Origin: Prorocentrum cordatum | Taxonomy: Eukaryota | Length of the DNA: 64,000 nucleotides | NCBI GenBank assembly: GCA_963575745.1 | Contig: CAUYUJ010000001.1 | Coordinates: forward strand, 992,001 to 1,056,000 | Reading direction: 5' to 3' | In this document: positions 1-11,200 of the stretch, piece after piece | Layout: the number at the start of each line of letters is the position of its first letter | Position numbering within the stretch: position 1 is the first letter of the stretch | Notes under the pieces: model-generated | The model's database searches: none | What the model was told of the DNA's origin: nothing | The model's input: the letters and a program-made list of their open reading frames with translations, nothing else | Program-made: the position numbers and the translations under genes

Positions 1-865
1 TAGCCTCAGCTGGCTCTCGCTTCCGTTGCACCGGCTAGATGCCCCCGGTCTTGGCCTACACTGTCCACCCCGGCAGCGCACGACACTACTGCCTCTGCCA
101 CAGTTTTGTCTTTGGCACGTCCTTTCTCTGCCCTCGGCTGGCAGCCTTGGGCGTGCCGCAGCAGCTATGGCCTGCCTTCCGGGGCAGGGCAAGCGTCCGC
201 AGCAGACACAGCGCGCGGGCAAGCTGCCTTCCAGCCGCCCGCGCTGCCGCCCCGCCTGCGGGGATCACCCCACAGGCAGGGCGCTTCTCCTCCCCCGCCC
301 TCTCCTCCCCCATCCCCCTCCTTTCGCTGTCCCTCCCTCCCTCGCGGGCCGCCATGGCGCTCGCGGAGCTGCCGCCGCCGGCAGCCTCCCCTCGCAGTCC
401 AGCAACCGGGCTTGGTCTTGCCGCCTGACCCCCTCCTCAGGCCCAGCAGTTTGCTGGTTGCAGCCCCACCGCGACTGCACTTGTACCTGCCGCACCTTGT
501 CACGCGCAACCCACCTGGGCGGCCTGCGGCCCTCGCCCGTTAACCTAGCACCTCGTGTGCTACTTCGACGACATCACGGCTTCGCCGACTTGCAGTACCC
601 GCACTTGGGCCCCGTCTGCGCCCGCGGGCGCCCAGGCGCCGTGGCCCGGCAGCTGCCACGGCCCCTGCCGCGTCAGCATACTCGGGCTCAGACTCGTCCG
701 CCCCTTTGGGTGGCCTCTTCCTTCCCCCCTCCCCCCCGCGGCCGCCCGCCTCCCCCCGCTTCCCTCTCTTGCACGCTGGCCAGTTCGCTTTTCGGTGCCC
801 CGTCTAGCTCCTTCGCTGGTGCAGCCAGCCAGCTCTGCCTCGCCGCCGACGAAAAGAGTGTGTGA

Positions 866-1510
866 TTGTGTTTGCGTTTGCGTTTGCGTTTGCGTTTGCG
901 TTTGTGTTTGTGTTTGTGTGTGTGTGGTTGTGTGGTTGTGTTTGTGTGTGTGTTGTGTTTGTGGTGTTGTGTGTTGTGTTTTGTGTGTTGTGTTTATGTT
1001 TGTGTTTGTAGGTTTGTATGTGTCTGTGTGTTTATGTCTGGTTGTGTTTGTGGTTGCGTTTGTGTGTGGAGGCGTGTGTGTGTGTGTGCGTGTGATTGTT
1101 TTGTGTGCGTGTTTGTGTTAGTGTTGGTATGTGTGTTGCTGGTTGTGTTTATGGTTGTGTTTGTGATTGTGTGTGAGTATGTGTTTGGGTGTGTGTGGTG
1201 CGTGGTGTAATTGTATGTGTGTGCGCTTGTGTGTAATTGTGTGTGTCGTGTGTGTGGTGTTGCTTGTATGTGGTTTAATGTTTCGGTTAATGTGTGTGTT
1301 ACTGGTTGTGCTTGTGTTTGTGTGCATGTGTGCTTGTGTTTGCGTGTGTGGTAGTGTTTGTGGTTGTGCTTGTGTTTGTGGTTGTGTGTGTGTTTGTGTT
1401 CGTGTTGTGTGAGTTGTGTGTGTTGTGTGTTTTGTGTGTGTCGTGTGTGTCGTGTGTGTCGTGTGTGTCGTGTGTGTGTGTGTTGTGCGTGTGCGTGTGC
1501 GTGCGCGTGT
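866..1510. repeat. Degenerate (TG)n/(TTG)n microsatellite
   Basis: Directly visible tgtgtg/ttgtgt tract. Confidence 0.95.
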
Positions 1511-1989
1511 TCATCGAAACGATGAACCGACGGTTTTTCTTTGTCGGTCGCCCGGGGGCGTCGGCTCGGTCGACGAAGGATGTGCCGACGAAATGTGGTT
1601 GTTCGTCGCTCAGGCGCTGCCAAGCAACAAAACACAGCTTGCCCGCAGTGCACGAAAGGAACCTCAAGTCGAAAGTTGTCTTTGTTCAGAAATTGGGCAC
1701 GGGGCACGGGCATGGATTTCAGTCGTCACGCATGGGCGCGTGGGCACGGGCATATTTGGCTCCCGCGTGAGCACGGTCATGGATTTCAGTCGTCCAGGAC
1801 GTCCGCGGCAGATTTCGTCGGTTGCGCGGGCCGCAGCAGTCTCGAGCGCCCCTTCGCTCCGTGAATGGCTGCTTGGCGCTGGTGCGGTGGAGGGGGTAGG
1901 TGAGGGAAGTAGCGGGGGAAAGCGGGGGAGGATGAATGAGGAGTGGGGGGGATTTCAGGTGGCAGGATGTTGGGTGGCTTCCCGTCGCA

Positions 1990-2540
1990 CTGATCCGTGA
2001 AACACAGGGGCGGCCCGAATGGCCGATGGCGTTCTTGAGGCTCGAATCGTCGGTAACGCTATGGAATTGTCCTAGCGACCCTGGCCGCAAGAGCGCTCCT
2101 GGCGACTCGGGCTTCGAGCGCGTTGAAGGCGATGCGGCCCCCAAAGCGCTAACGGCGATTGTGGCCCAAAGAGCGTTACTGGCGACGCCATATACGGGAC
2201 CTAGTCGCAATTGCCCGTGTTCGCACCCGAAAGTAGTGATCGATGATTTTTTTCCTTGAAGGAGCTAATGGCAGTAGGGTGGGTGGTCGGGCGGTCCACT
2301 GGGCGAGGATCGTATTCTCGCGCTTGTGCGTGAAGAGGAGGAAGCTCGGAAGGGTTGCTACGTAAGGTGCCGTTCAGGCTTGAGGGCGTACGTGCAAGTA
2401 GTTGCTTGGCGCTGTCGGTTGCATGTGAGGTTGTGGTCATGTCGCAGGGCTTGCAGTGGGTAGCGTTCCCTGGAGTAGGCTTCAGCTGTTTTCTCAATTT
2501 TGCTCGTCGGACCCTCTTGCGGTGTCTTCAAACGTCGAAG
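1990..2540 (-). pseudogene. Possible decayed LINE endonuclease remnant
   Basis: Broken minus frames give RKKIIDHYF and GVASNALWATI, loosely like the IDH and SDH-x-AL motifs at the end of APE endonucleases. Many stops and frameshifts. Confidence 0.25.
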
Positions 2541-3689
2541 GAGGAGGACTCCTGTTCCCCGTCCTCTCTCTCTCGTCGTCCCTCGCACCCACCCGCCCGG
2601 CATTTCCCCATGATGTGGGAATGCCGGGCGGGTTCGTGCTACTCGGTTTCAGTTCCGATCTGGCTTGACGCGATCCAGTCCCCAACTCGATCCGGTTCGG
2701 CTTTGCAGATTTTTGTCGATTCGAAGGCGCAGCCGATTTTCAGCCGACATTTGCCGATTCGACGTTCACGTCGATCCGGGTCGATAATCGATCCGATGTT
2801 GGGGCCGCCTGCCTATTCAACGAATTACCCTCCCCGCCCAACCTTGAGCAGCCAGGGAGTGGAACGGCGCGTCAGCGCTCTGCTGCTACAGCTCCGCCGC
2901 CGCCGACGACGACCTTCGTGGGCGGGATCCGTATCCACGGCCTCGTGGGCTGGGCCCCTGGACCCGACCCCATCCTCACAACTTCCCTTCCCGCCCCACC
3001 CAGAGCAGCGAGGGAGCGGAAACGCGCGTCGGCGCTCCGTGGCTACAACGCCCCGCCGCCGCCGACGACCTCGAACCCCTGGCCTCCACGTTCTTCTGTC
3101 TCGCCCTCCTACGCTCGTGCCCCCACCACTTTCCTCGCCTGTCTTGGGTTGCCTCTCTGAGCATGCGGGGCAGTGTCTACAGCAACAAACAAGACTGATT
3201 CTGCCTAGGCCAGCGCCCAGGCTCGCGGAGCCCTCCGGGCTGGTGGACTTCCAGCTCGTCAGGGGGCGCGCGAGCCTTTTTGGCGCCCTGGCCCGTGCTG
3301 GGAGTCCAAAAGAGACGTGCTCTCTTCTCGGGGAGCTCTGGGTGCCTCGGGGGATGCGGGCCGTGGCGCTCCACGCTCCGCCGCCGCCGCCGCCCCCCTC
3401 TGCCCGCCCAGGCGGCGGAGGAGGTGCTCGCGCCGTCGGCCGCCGCCGTCGGCCTGCCCACGAGCTGCGGCGCGCCGGCGCCAGAGGCCCGGGCGTCAGC
3501 CGGCCAGGCCCGGCCTGCTCTCCGCGACGGCACGCTGGTCGTTGGAAGTGGGCCTGTTCGCCTCCCCACTTCGGGGCTCGATGGGTCGTTCCTGTGCCGT
3601 CGTCTTCGAGGAGCGGGCGGAGATCCAGCCCTTTTCCAACGCCTTCCTGCTTCATGCTTCTATCTGCTTCTTCCGACCGGCGGGTACAA

Positions 3690-3870
3690 TCGGCGGCGAG
3701 CGAGGGGGGGAAGTGAGAAGGAGGAGGCCTTCTCAGAAGGCGACGGGGCTTCTCGGAAGGCCTCCGGCCTGCTGAGAGGTGTTCTGTGTTTTCGGGGGAG
3801 GCTTAGGAAACTTCTCAGAAGGCCGGGTGACTTCCGAGCCTTCCGAAACGGCCCGCCCCATCTCACTTCC
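3690..3870 (+). repeat. Interspersed repeat, second copy at about 20050-20220
   Basis: gcggcgagcgaggggggg...gagaagg...ctgagaggt...ttcggg occurs at both places. Confidence 0.75.
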
Positions 3871-4454
3871 CCCTCGCTAGCCGCTGGCACAAAGGGTATG
3901 GTTGCGCCGAGATGTGGTTTGCGATCGGCGCCGTTGGGGCCGGGGGGAGGCACGACACTGTCCTCGTCAGGCCGCCTCGGGGAGCGGCGGAGAACTCTGT
4001 CGAGGTCCCCGCCGGCCCCCCAGGGTGCCCCCCAAGGTGCCGGTTGCAGACCACACCCTTTGCAAACTTTACCCTTCGGAGTCGCCGACTCTCGGGGGGC
4101 GGAAAGGGGAAGAAGGTGTCAGTGACGCGCAGCCGTTTGGAACACGTCGGCGTGTTGCTCCTTCGTTTCTGTCCGCAGGCCTGGCGCTTCCTCCACGGTA
4201 ACGGAAGCGAAAAGGTGCGCCCCCCCCCCCCGAAGAAATGGCAGGTCTGCGGGGCTCCACTTTTCTCCCAACCATCCTGTGGTGCTGGGTTCGTCCCGTT
4301 TTTCAGCAGCACCCCGCGTCTCCTGGCCTCCTCTCCCTCCTCCGTCTTCATCTTCCTTCTAATCCTCATCTTCATTAGCGCTACCGCCGTCTTCATCTGC
4401 ACCATCAGCGTCGAATCATCACCAGCACCATCACCATCATCATCACCGCAGCCA

Positions 4455-4780
4455 TAGGGGGCTCCGCCACAGGCCCCAGTGGCAGCACCCGCATGCGGGC
4501 TCGGGCATACTTTTGCTCACCCCTCACACGCTTCTTGGCCCCATGGGGAGCTCCAACGAAGGCGCCCACATGCGGACTCAGGTCCGTTTTAGAACCACCC
4601 CGTAGGGAGCTCCACCGAAGGCCCCAGCGGCAGCGCCCCAATGTGGACTCGGGCCCATGTTGGCATACACCTCACACGTTACGAGGCCCCACGAGCAGCT
4701 CCACCGAAGGCCTCAGTGGCAGCGCCCGCATGCGGACTCGAGTCCACCCCTCAAATGTTTCGTGGCCCCGCAGCAGCCGC
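4455..4780 (-). repeat. About 90-bp tandem unit, inverted relative to the 13640-14215 array
   Basis: gggagctccaccgaaggcccc...cccgcatgcgg...cctcacacg is the reverse complement of the 13.6-14.2 kb unit. Confidence 0.8.
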
Positions 4781-4869
4781 CTCCCACATCATGTCATTGA
4801 GATGTTACTTGTGCTCTGAAGGCGTCACTACGGCCAATATTGAAAGTTGCTTTCGTATGGGCCAGGAGA

Positions 4870-5290
4870 AAGTTACATTCGCCATTATGGGCGCAAGGCG
4901 TCCCGGTGGGGGTCTGGAGGACGCAAGATTTCGATATCTCGATATCGGGGGCGGGGCTGGGCGGCGGGGACTCGATATCTCGATATGAGGGGGCGGGGCT
5001 GGGCGGGGACTCGATATCGCGATGTCCGGGGCGGGGCCGGGCGGAGACTCGATATCTCGATATCTCGATGTCGGGGGCGAGGCTGGGCGGGAACTCGATA
5101 TCTTGATTTCTTGGTATCTCGATGTTGGGGGAAGGGGGCCAGGCGGGAACTCGATATCTCGATGTTGCGGATGGCAGTGTCTTTCTCGATATCGTGGCCT
5201 AGCGATGTTCACCATGTAGCCCTCTGAACGCAGATGTCGACTGATATCTCTATGTCGGGATATCAAGAGATCGATGCAGGATATCAAGGT
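4870..5290 (+). repeat. GATATCTCGATA-rich repeat, left arm of an inverted pair with 7720-8000
   Basis: gggcgcaaggcgt...gggcggggactcgatatc versus gatatcgagtccccgccc...acgccttgcccc. Confidence 0.8.
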
Positions 5291-5294
5291 CACA

Positions 5295-5520
5295 GGTTTG
5301 GTTTTACACGCCTTTCACCCCCGTCGCTCCCTGTCAGCGCCCCGCCCCCTCCCCCACATCCCTCGCCTGGCCGGCCGTGGCCGTGGAAGAGGAGGTGAGG
5401 AGACGGCCTCCCCTTTCCTTCCGTCTCCCCCCATCGCCTGAAAAAGGCACCCGCCTCAAAACAGTCACCCAGAGCGTTTGGTGACTGTTGCAGGCGGGCT
5501 TGAATTGTTGGGGGTCAGAA
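5295..5520 (+). repeat. Direct repeat, second copy at 7430-7660
   Basis: ttttacac...ttcacccccgtcgctcc...cagcgccccgccccct...gccgt present twice. Confidence 0.8.
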
Positions 5521-7169
5521 GGAGCAGTAGGAGGAGGAGGGGAAGGAGGAGGAGAAGAAGGGAGTGCTGTTCCCAACCCGACAGTTGGGGTTGTTAGAGT
5601 ACTGTAGAGTTCCCGACTCGCCCACCCTGCATACCGCGGCTATCAGATCCCTAGAACCCCTGGTGATCCCTGAGTGGCCCGCCTCGCGCTTCCGACGAAA
5701 TGCACGCGTACTGCGGCCGCCAGATCCCAAGGACACCCGGTGATCCCTGAGTGTCGCGCCTCGCGTCGTCAACGACATGCACGGCGTCATGCCATCCAGG
5801 CGTCACGTCGGCTCGATCAGAAAGCATTATTGTATATTACAATACACGGTGACCGAATAGAAGATTATCGAATATAGCACCACATAACATAGCATACTAA
5901 AACCGAGTATAGTTCCGCATCAGATACCAGCCCACTCGACGTTATCACAAGGAACTTGCTGGCATGGCAGAAGATATGAATTATCATATAGCGATAAAAG
6001 ATACACTGTAGTTAATTGTAACAGCAGAAACGAAAGCATGACAGAGCACACGTTCATATCCACGAGCAAAGCGTAGTACAACCTACTAGAATCAAGCACG
6101 GCTTGAAGTAGATACGATACCATGGAGTACACTACAAGATATGATAGATAATAGAACACATACAAAACTATACGACAACAGAATAGAATAGGCCAGGAGA
6201 CCAGGACAGAACACATTCTAATTGGATTGCACAAAACAGGATACAATAGAGGTGTAGAGAAATTCACATGTAGCACTGCAGCATAACATCATACACGATC
6301 TACGCACACAGAAAACAATCGCACATTCTAGTACGCCACATTGTCTATCATACCATATAAGTGGGCAGAGCTTTTTAGAGGAATCATAGCAGAACAGAGT
6401 ACATCACACCATAACACGGCTGGATGTAATAGAGTAAAACAGGAAATAATACATCATGGCATAGCACTAGGTAGCTACATGTTGTTATACCGTCACGGAG
6501 CACAGTAGGAGAGTCTAGTAAGGCTTGCTATGTGCGCATGGAACAGAATAGCGCAGCACGGGGCATAACTTAACATACCAGAGCATACATTGACATATGT
6601 GATTACATTGCGGTGCAAGAGGACGGTGCGCAGCAGAAGATATGTCGAACGAAGCACACAACATGGTATATAGGGTGCGATCGCATACTCTAGCAGGGGA
6701 GAACAAAACACCACGTCATGCCTTGTTAGTACGCCGTAGATAAGAATATGTTACGCCATAACGTAGCAACGCACAGCGTATGTTTACAAAACAGGCTGGC
6801 TAGAATTGAACATGCTATGCACACACGACTTCAATGCAATATATTACGATATGTTCTGCCGCACATTGATATGCCATCATGCTCCCCGCTTCCTCTGCCA
6901 ATTGTTGCACGCACCGTTTCAGGAGGCGCGCGCACCGTGGGGGGCGAGCGAGGAAGGCTGAGGCGGAAATCGCAAAATAGTTATCGATGCCCTGGCCTAG
7001 CGATGTCCACCATGTTGCGCTCTGCTTGCACGCTGTCGAGTTATGCAGACATCTGGATGTCGAGGCACTCTGGCGCATATCGGGGTAAAGAGGTTCCCCA
7101 ATCAGAGCTTGCCTCTGTAGGGGTCCTAGCGGATTCATATGGTCAGGTTAGGTTTGTCGCCGATTCTCG

Positions 7170-7410
7170 CTGCACGCCCGGGTGCCCGGGGGTGCCCGGG
7201 GATGCCCGGGGCCCTGGTGCCCGGGGGGTGCCCGGAGGTTCCCAGGTGCCCGGGTGCCTGAGTGCCCGGGCGTACCCGGGGGTGCCCGGGGGTGCCCTAT
7301 AGCCCAATAGCCCTACAGCCCTATAGCCCTGCAACTCTATAGCCATCTAGCTCTATAGGCCCACAGCTCAAAAGCCCTATAGCCCTACAGCCCCCTAGCC
7401 CTATAGCCCT
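7170..7410. repeat. Short tandem repeats (cccgggggtg)n then (ctatagccc)n
   Basis: Directly visible. Confidence 0.85.
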
Positions 7411-8284
7411 GATTGGGGTTTTTCTCCGGATCGTTTTGTTTTACACACCCTTCACCCCCGTCGCTCCATAACAGCGCCCCGCCCCCTCGTCCCCTGCCCA
7501 GCTGGCCGTTGCCGTGAAAGTGGACGGGAGGAGAAGGCCTCCCCCATCTTCCCTTTTCCTCCCATCTCCCCCCGTCGCCTGGAACAGGCATCCGCCCCTA
7601 AGCAGCCACCCGATGCGTTTGTTGACTGCTTTGGGCGGGCCTGAGTTTTTGGAGGTCAAAAGGATGACGACGACGAGGGCTGCTCTTGGGAGGACGGCGA
7701 ATCGAACCAGCGATATCCGATAGTGGGGTTCGATATTTCAATTTACTCATCCACAGCAGCCTTGTGGATGTCGACAAGCTGTGATACCGAGATGTCCCGA
7801 CCCTGTCCCAAATTTCGACATATCGGATATCGAGTCCCCGCCCAGCCTCGCCATATCTCGAAATCGAGACGTCGAGATATCGAAGGCCCGCCCCGCCGCG
7901 CTCCCGATATCGAGACATCGAGGTATCGAGATATCGAGGCATCGAGTCCGGGCGAAAGATACACCCTGGTTCACTGAAACGCCTTGCCCCCACACTGAAA
8001 TTCGCCATGCCAGCCGCATCCAGCCGCACACCCGTAGCACTCAAATGTCGCATCGTGTATTCGAGATGATGCGTCCGTTTGGAAGAGCGTCGATACCGCC
8101 GATGTTCGAAACTAGTTTCCGAGCTTGTCCGGGGAATGCAAATCCCGCCGCCGCGCGTACTCTCGCAGATCGAGATTTACTTCGTGCCTTCTTGGGCGTC
8201 CCCATCTGCTGCTGACAACCGCACAGACCAGCCGTGACGGGTTGCATCCAGATGTAATTAGTCACGGTTGGCCCAGGTGGTTCT

Positions 8285-11200
8285 TTAACAGTATGGTTTC
8301 GTCTTTCTCACACGCGTCTTAGTTGTTTTGCTCGTCGCGTCCTTAGTTTCTAAATTTCTTGCCGCATTCGCACTTACATCTGGTTGGGTCCTTCGCCATG
8401 CTATTATTCCGCAATTAGGATTGCCTAAGGAGTTCTTATTTGGGTAAAGGTTGGTGCCTCGGGGGCTTACTTTGCCCGTTCCTCGGAGGTTCCCCGGGTT
8501 CCCCTGGTCCCCGGGGTTCCCCGGGTGCCTCATGCCAAGCAATGCTAAGCAAAGCCAAGCAATGCGAAGCAATTCTAAGCAATGCCAAGCAACACTAAGC
8601 AATGCTAGACAATGCTAAGCAATGCCGCGCAATGCCAAGCAATGCCAAGCACTACGCCCATGCAATAGGAAGCTTTCCCCTGATTGGGATGCGCCGGGTT
8701 CATTTCTGCAGCGGGCCTGCTGGCACGGCTACGGCATTGAAACAACAACCACTTTGGGCTCAGAAGGGGCTCTGGAATTCGGGCCGTTCCTTAGGCCGAA
8801 GTCGGGGAGCCTCCTCGTGGCCGAGGCTCGCCGTGGCCAGGAAAGACCCTTCGTTTCAGCACGATGACTGTAGCGCGCAGGAGAGAACGTCGCCAGGGGG
8901 GGGGCCCTCTGAGACAGCGGGGCTGGGCCACTCCGCGGCAGTGCCGCTCCCCGGCGGCAGATCGCCAGCAGCGGCCGCACAGCGCCCAAGCTCTCAGGCG
9001 GCGCAGCTGCGACAGCGCCCGCTGGCGGCGGGGCGCCGGGAGCAGCGGGAGCCCCAGCGCTTGGCTCGACGAGCGCCGCGGCCCGGCCTCCTCCGCCTCG
9101 GGCGCAGCCTCCGCGAGGCTGCAACATCGGGGTGGCAGCCGCCAGCGTGTCGAAGGCTGCCGCGACCCCCAGCCTCGGAGAGCTCCGCAAGCGGCGCACG
9201 TGCTGGAGCTGCCTGCGCTTGCGCCGCCATCATCCCTGCATCGGCTTCGCGCAGAGCTTCCTGCGCCTTCTCCGCCTCGGCCTCGAAGTGCGCCAAAGTC
9301 TGACGTACCTTCATCAAGGCCTCGTTGATCGTCATGAACTCGTCGACGCCGCCTTCTGCGAGTCCGTCGCGGCCTGGACACGGACTGCCCAAGGCCGCGA
9401 CGCTTGAGCGGCCTGCTCCAAGACGTTGGTCTGCCGATCGCACTCGGTCACGTCCGCCGACGCTCGATAGCGCAAGGCAGCTGAATGCCTGTCGCGCCAA
9501 TACCGGAGCCCCCTCTGCGAAGGGCTCAGCTCGGCCGCCCAGGGGTCTTGCGGAGTGGCATCCATGGCGGAAGGCCGCATCGGCACGTCGCGGGTCGGCT
9601 TGGTTGCGGCTGGTGGTGGTGACAGCAAGCGCTGCACCATTGCCGCGTAGGAGACCGCGCCAGGCGCTTGGGCCTCCCCCCGAGCAGCTGGCGTCGATGC
9701 CCAGCATCGTTGAACCGATCCGTATCCCCACCTCCATCCCAATCCCCACCATCCCACCACACCAGTTGGGGATATGCCCCTCGAAACTCTCCATCTACAG
9801 GGGTCAATCGGCCAGCGGGGCCCAGATAGGGATCGGCTAAACGATGCTTATATGCCCAGGCTGGCCCGACTTGGAGTCTGCCTGGCGCGAGGGGCGCGGC
9901 TTGGCTGCCGTTCAGGCGGCATCCGCGACCCGCCGCGGCGCATCTGTGCCGCAGCGCTGGCAGTGAAAGCCGCACACCCGATTGCCGACGTGCCCGCACG
10001 GGCAGCCCCAGCATGGCTCTCGTGGCCCTGAGAGCACCATTGGGACCGCCCTGCCAGCACCCTTCGAGCGGCCGCCTCTGCCGCCGCGGTCGCCCGGCAT
10101 TCGACACCGGCCTCGCGCGCGGAGGATTGCCCTACGCGCGGGCTGGGGCGCTGGGCCTGGTCGCTGCACCTGCCCAGTTGGCTTGAGCGGTGTTTACGGC
10201 TTGAGCCAGAACGGCTACGAGGTTGTTGCTGCGCACGCATTCGACCGCAGGTAGGCTGCGTCCCAATACCGCGCGCCCACAGCCCATCGCGAAAGAGTCG
10301 AGGAGCAGGCAGCTTCCACCAACCCTGCATCCCCCCTATCCTCTCAACGTCCATTCCCGCCTCACCTAAGAAAATGAACCCGGCGCGACCCCAATCAGTA
10401 GAAAGCTTTCTATTGCATTTGCGCAGTGCTTGGCATTGCTTGGGGCATTGCTTAGGGCATTGCTTGAAGAATTGCTTGGGGCTTAGCATTGCTTCGCGTT
10501 GCTTGACATTGATTCGCATTGCGACGCATTGCTTGGTATTGCTTGGCATTACTTCGCATTGCTTGGCATTGCTTGGCACTGCTTGGCCTTGCTTGGCATT
10601 GCGTGGGACATGATGCACCCGGGGCGGGGAACCTCCGCAACGGAAGAATACGAGGCACCGTGGGCGGGGAACCCAGGGAAACAAGGGAACCTCCGAGCAA
10701 CGGGCAACGTAACATTAGAACGCACCAACCTTGAACCCAGTTCGGACCCTTTCGGCAAGCCTAGTTGGGGAACAGCGAGGGTGTCGAACAGCGCGTCTGC
10801 GCTGCTAGCGCCCCGCCGCCGAAGACGATAAGCTCGACGGCGTGGATACAGATACGGAAATTACAGCATGTACAGGTATGTATGTGTATATATATATATA
10901 TGTATCGAGAGATATGTATGTACGTACGTACATGTATATGTGTGTATGCATGTAAGCATGTATGTACATATGTGCGTATGTATGTGTGTATGTATGTATG
11001 TATGTATGTATGTATGCATGTATGTGTGTATGTATGTATGTATGTATGTATGTATGTATGTATGTATGTGTGTGTATGTATGTATGTATGTATGTGTGTA
11101 TGTATGTATGTATGCGTATATGGATGTGTGTACGTACGTATGTGTGTGCGTATGTGTGTAGGTGTATATGTATGTGTATGTGTATGCATGTGCATATGTG

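Noticed and set aside
1..860. Coding gene or zinc-finger ORF1 remnant at the window start
   Set aside because: Only vague Cys motifs across frameshifts; not supportable.
8748..8765. ccactttgggctcag as a plus-strand SL relic
   Set aside because: Weak match lying inside a minus-strand element, with no credible downstream ORF.
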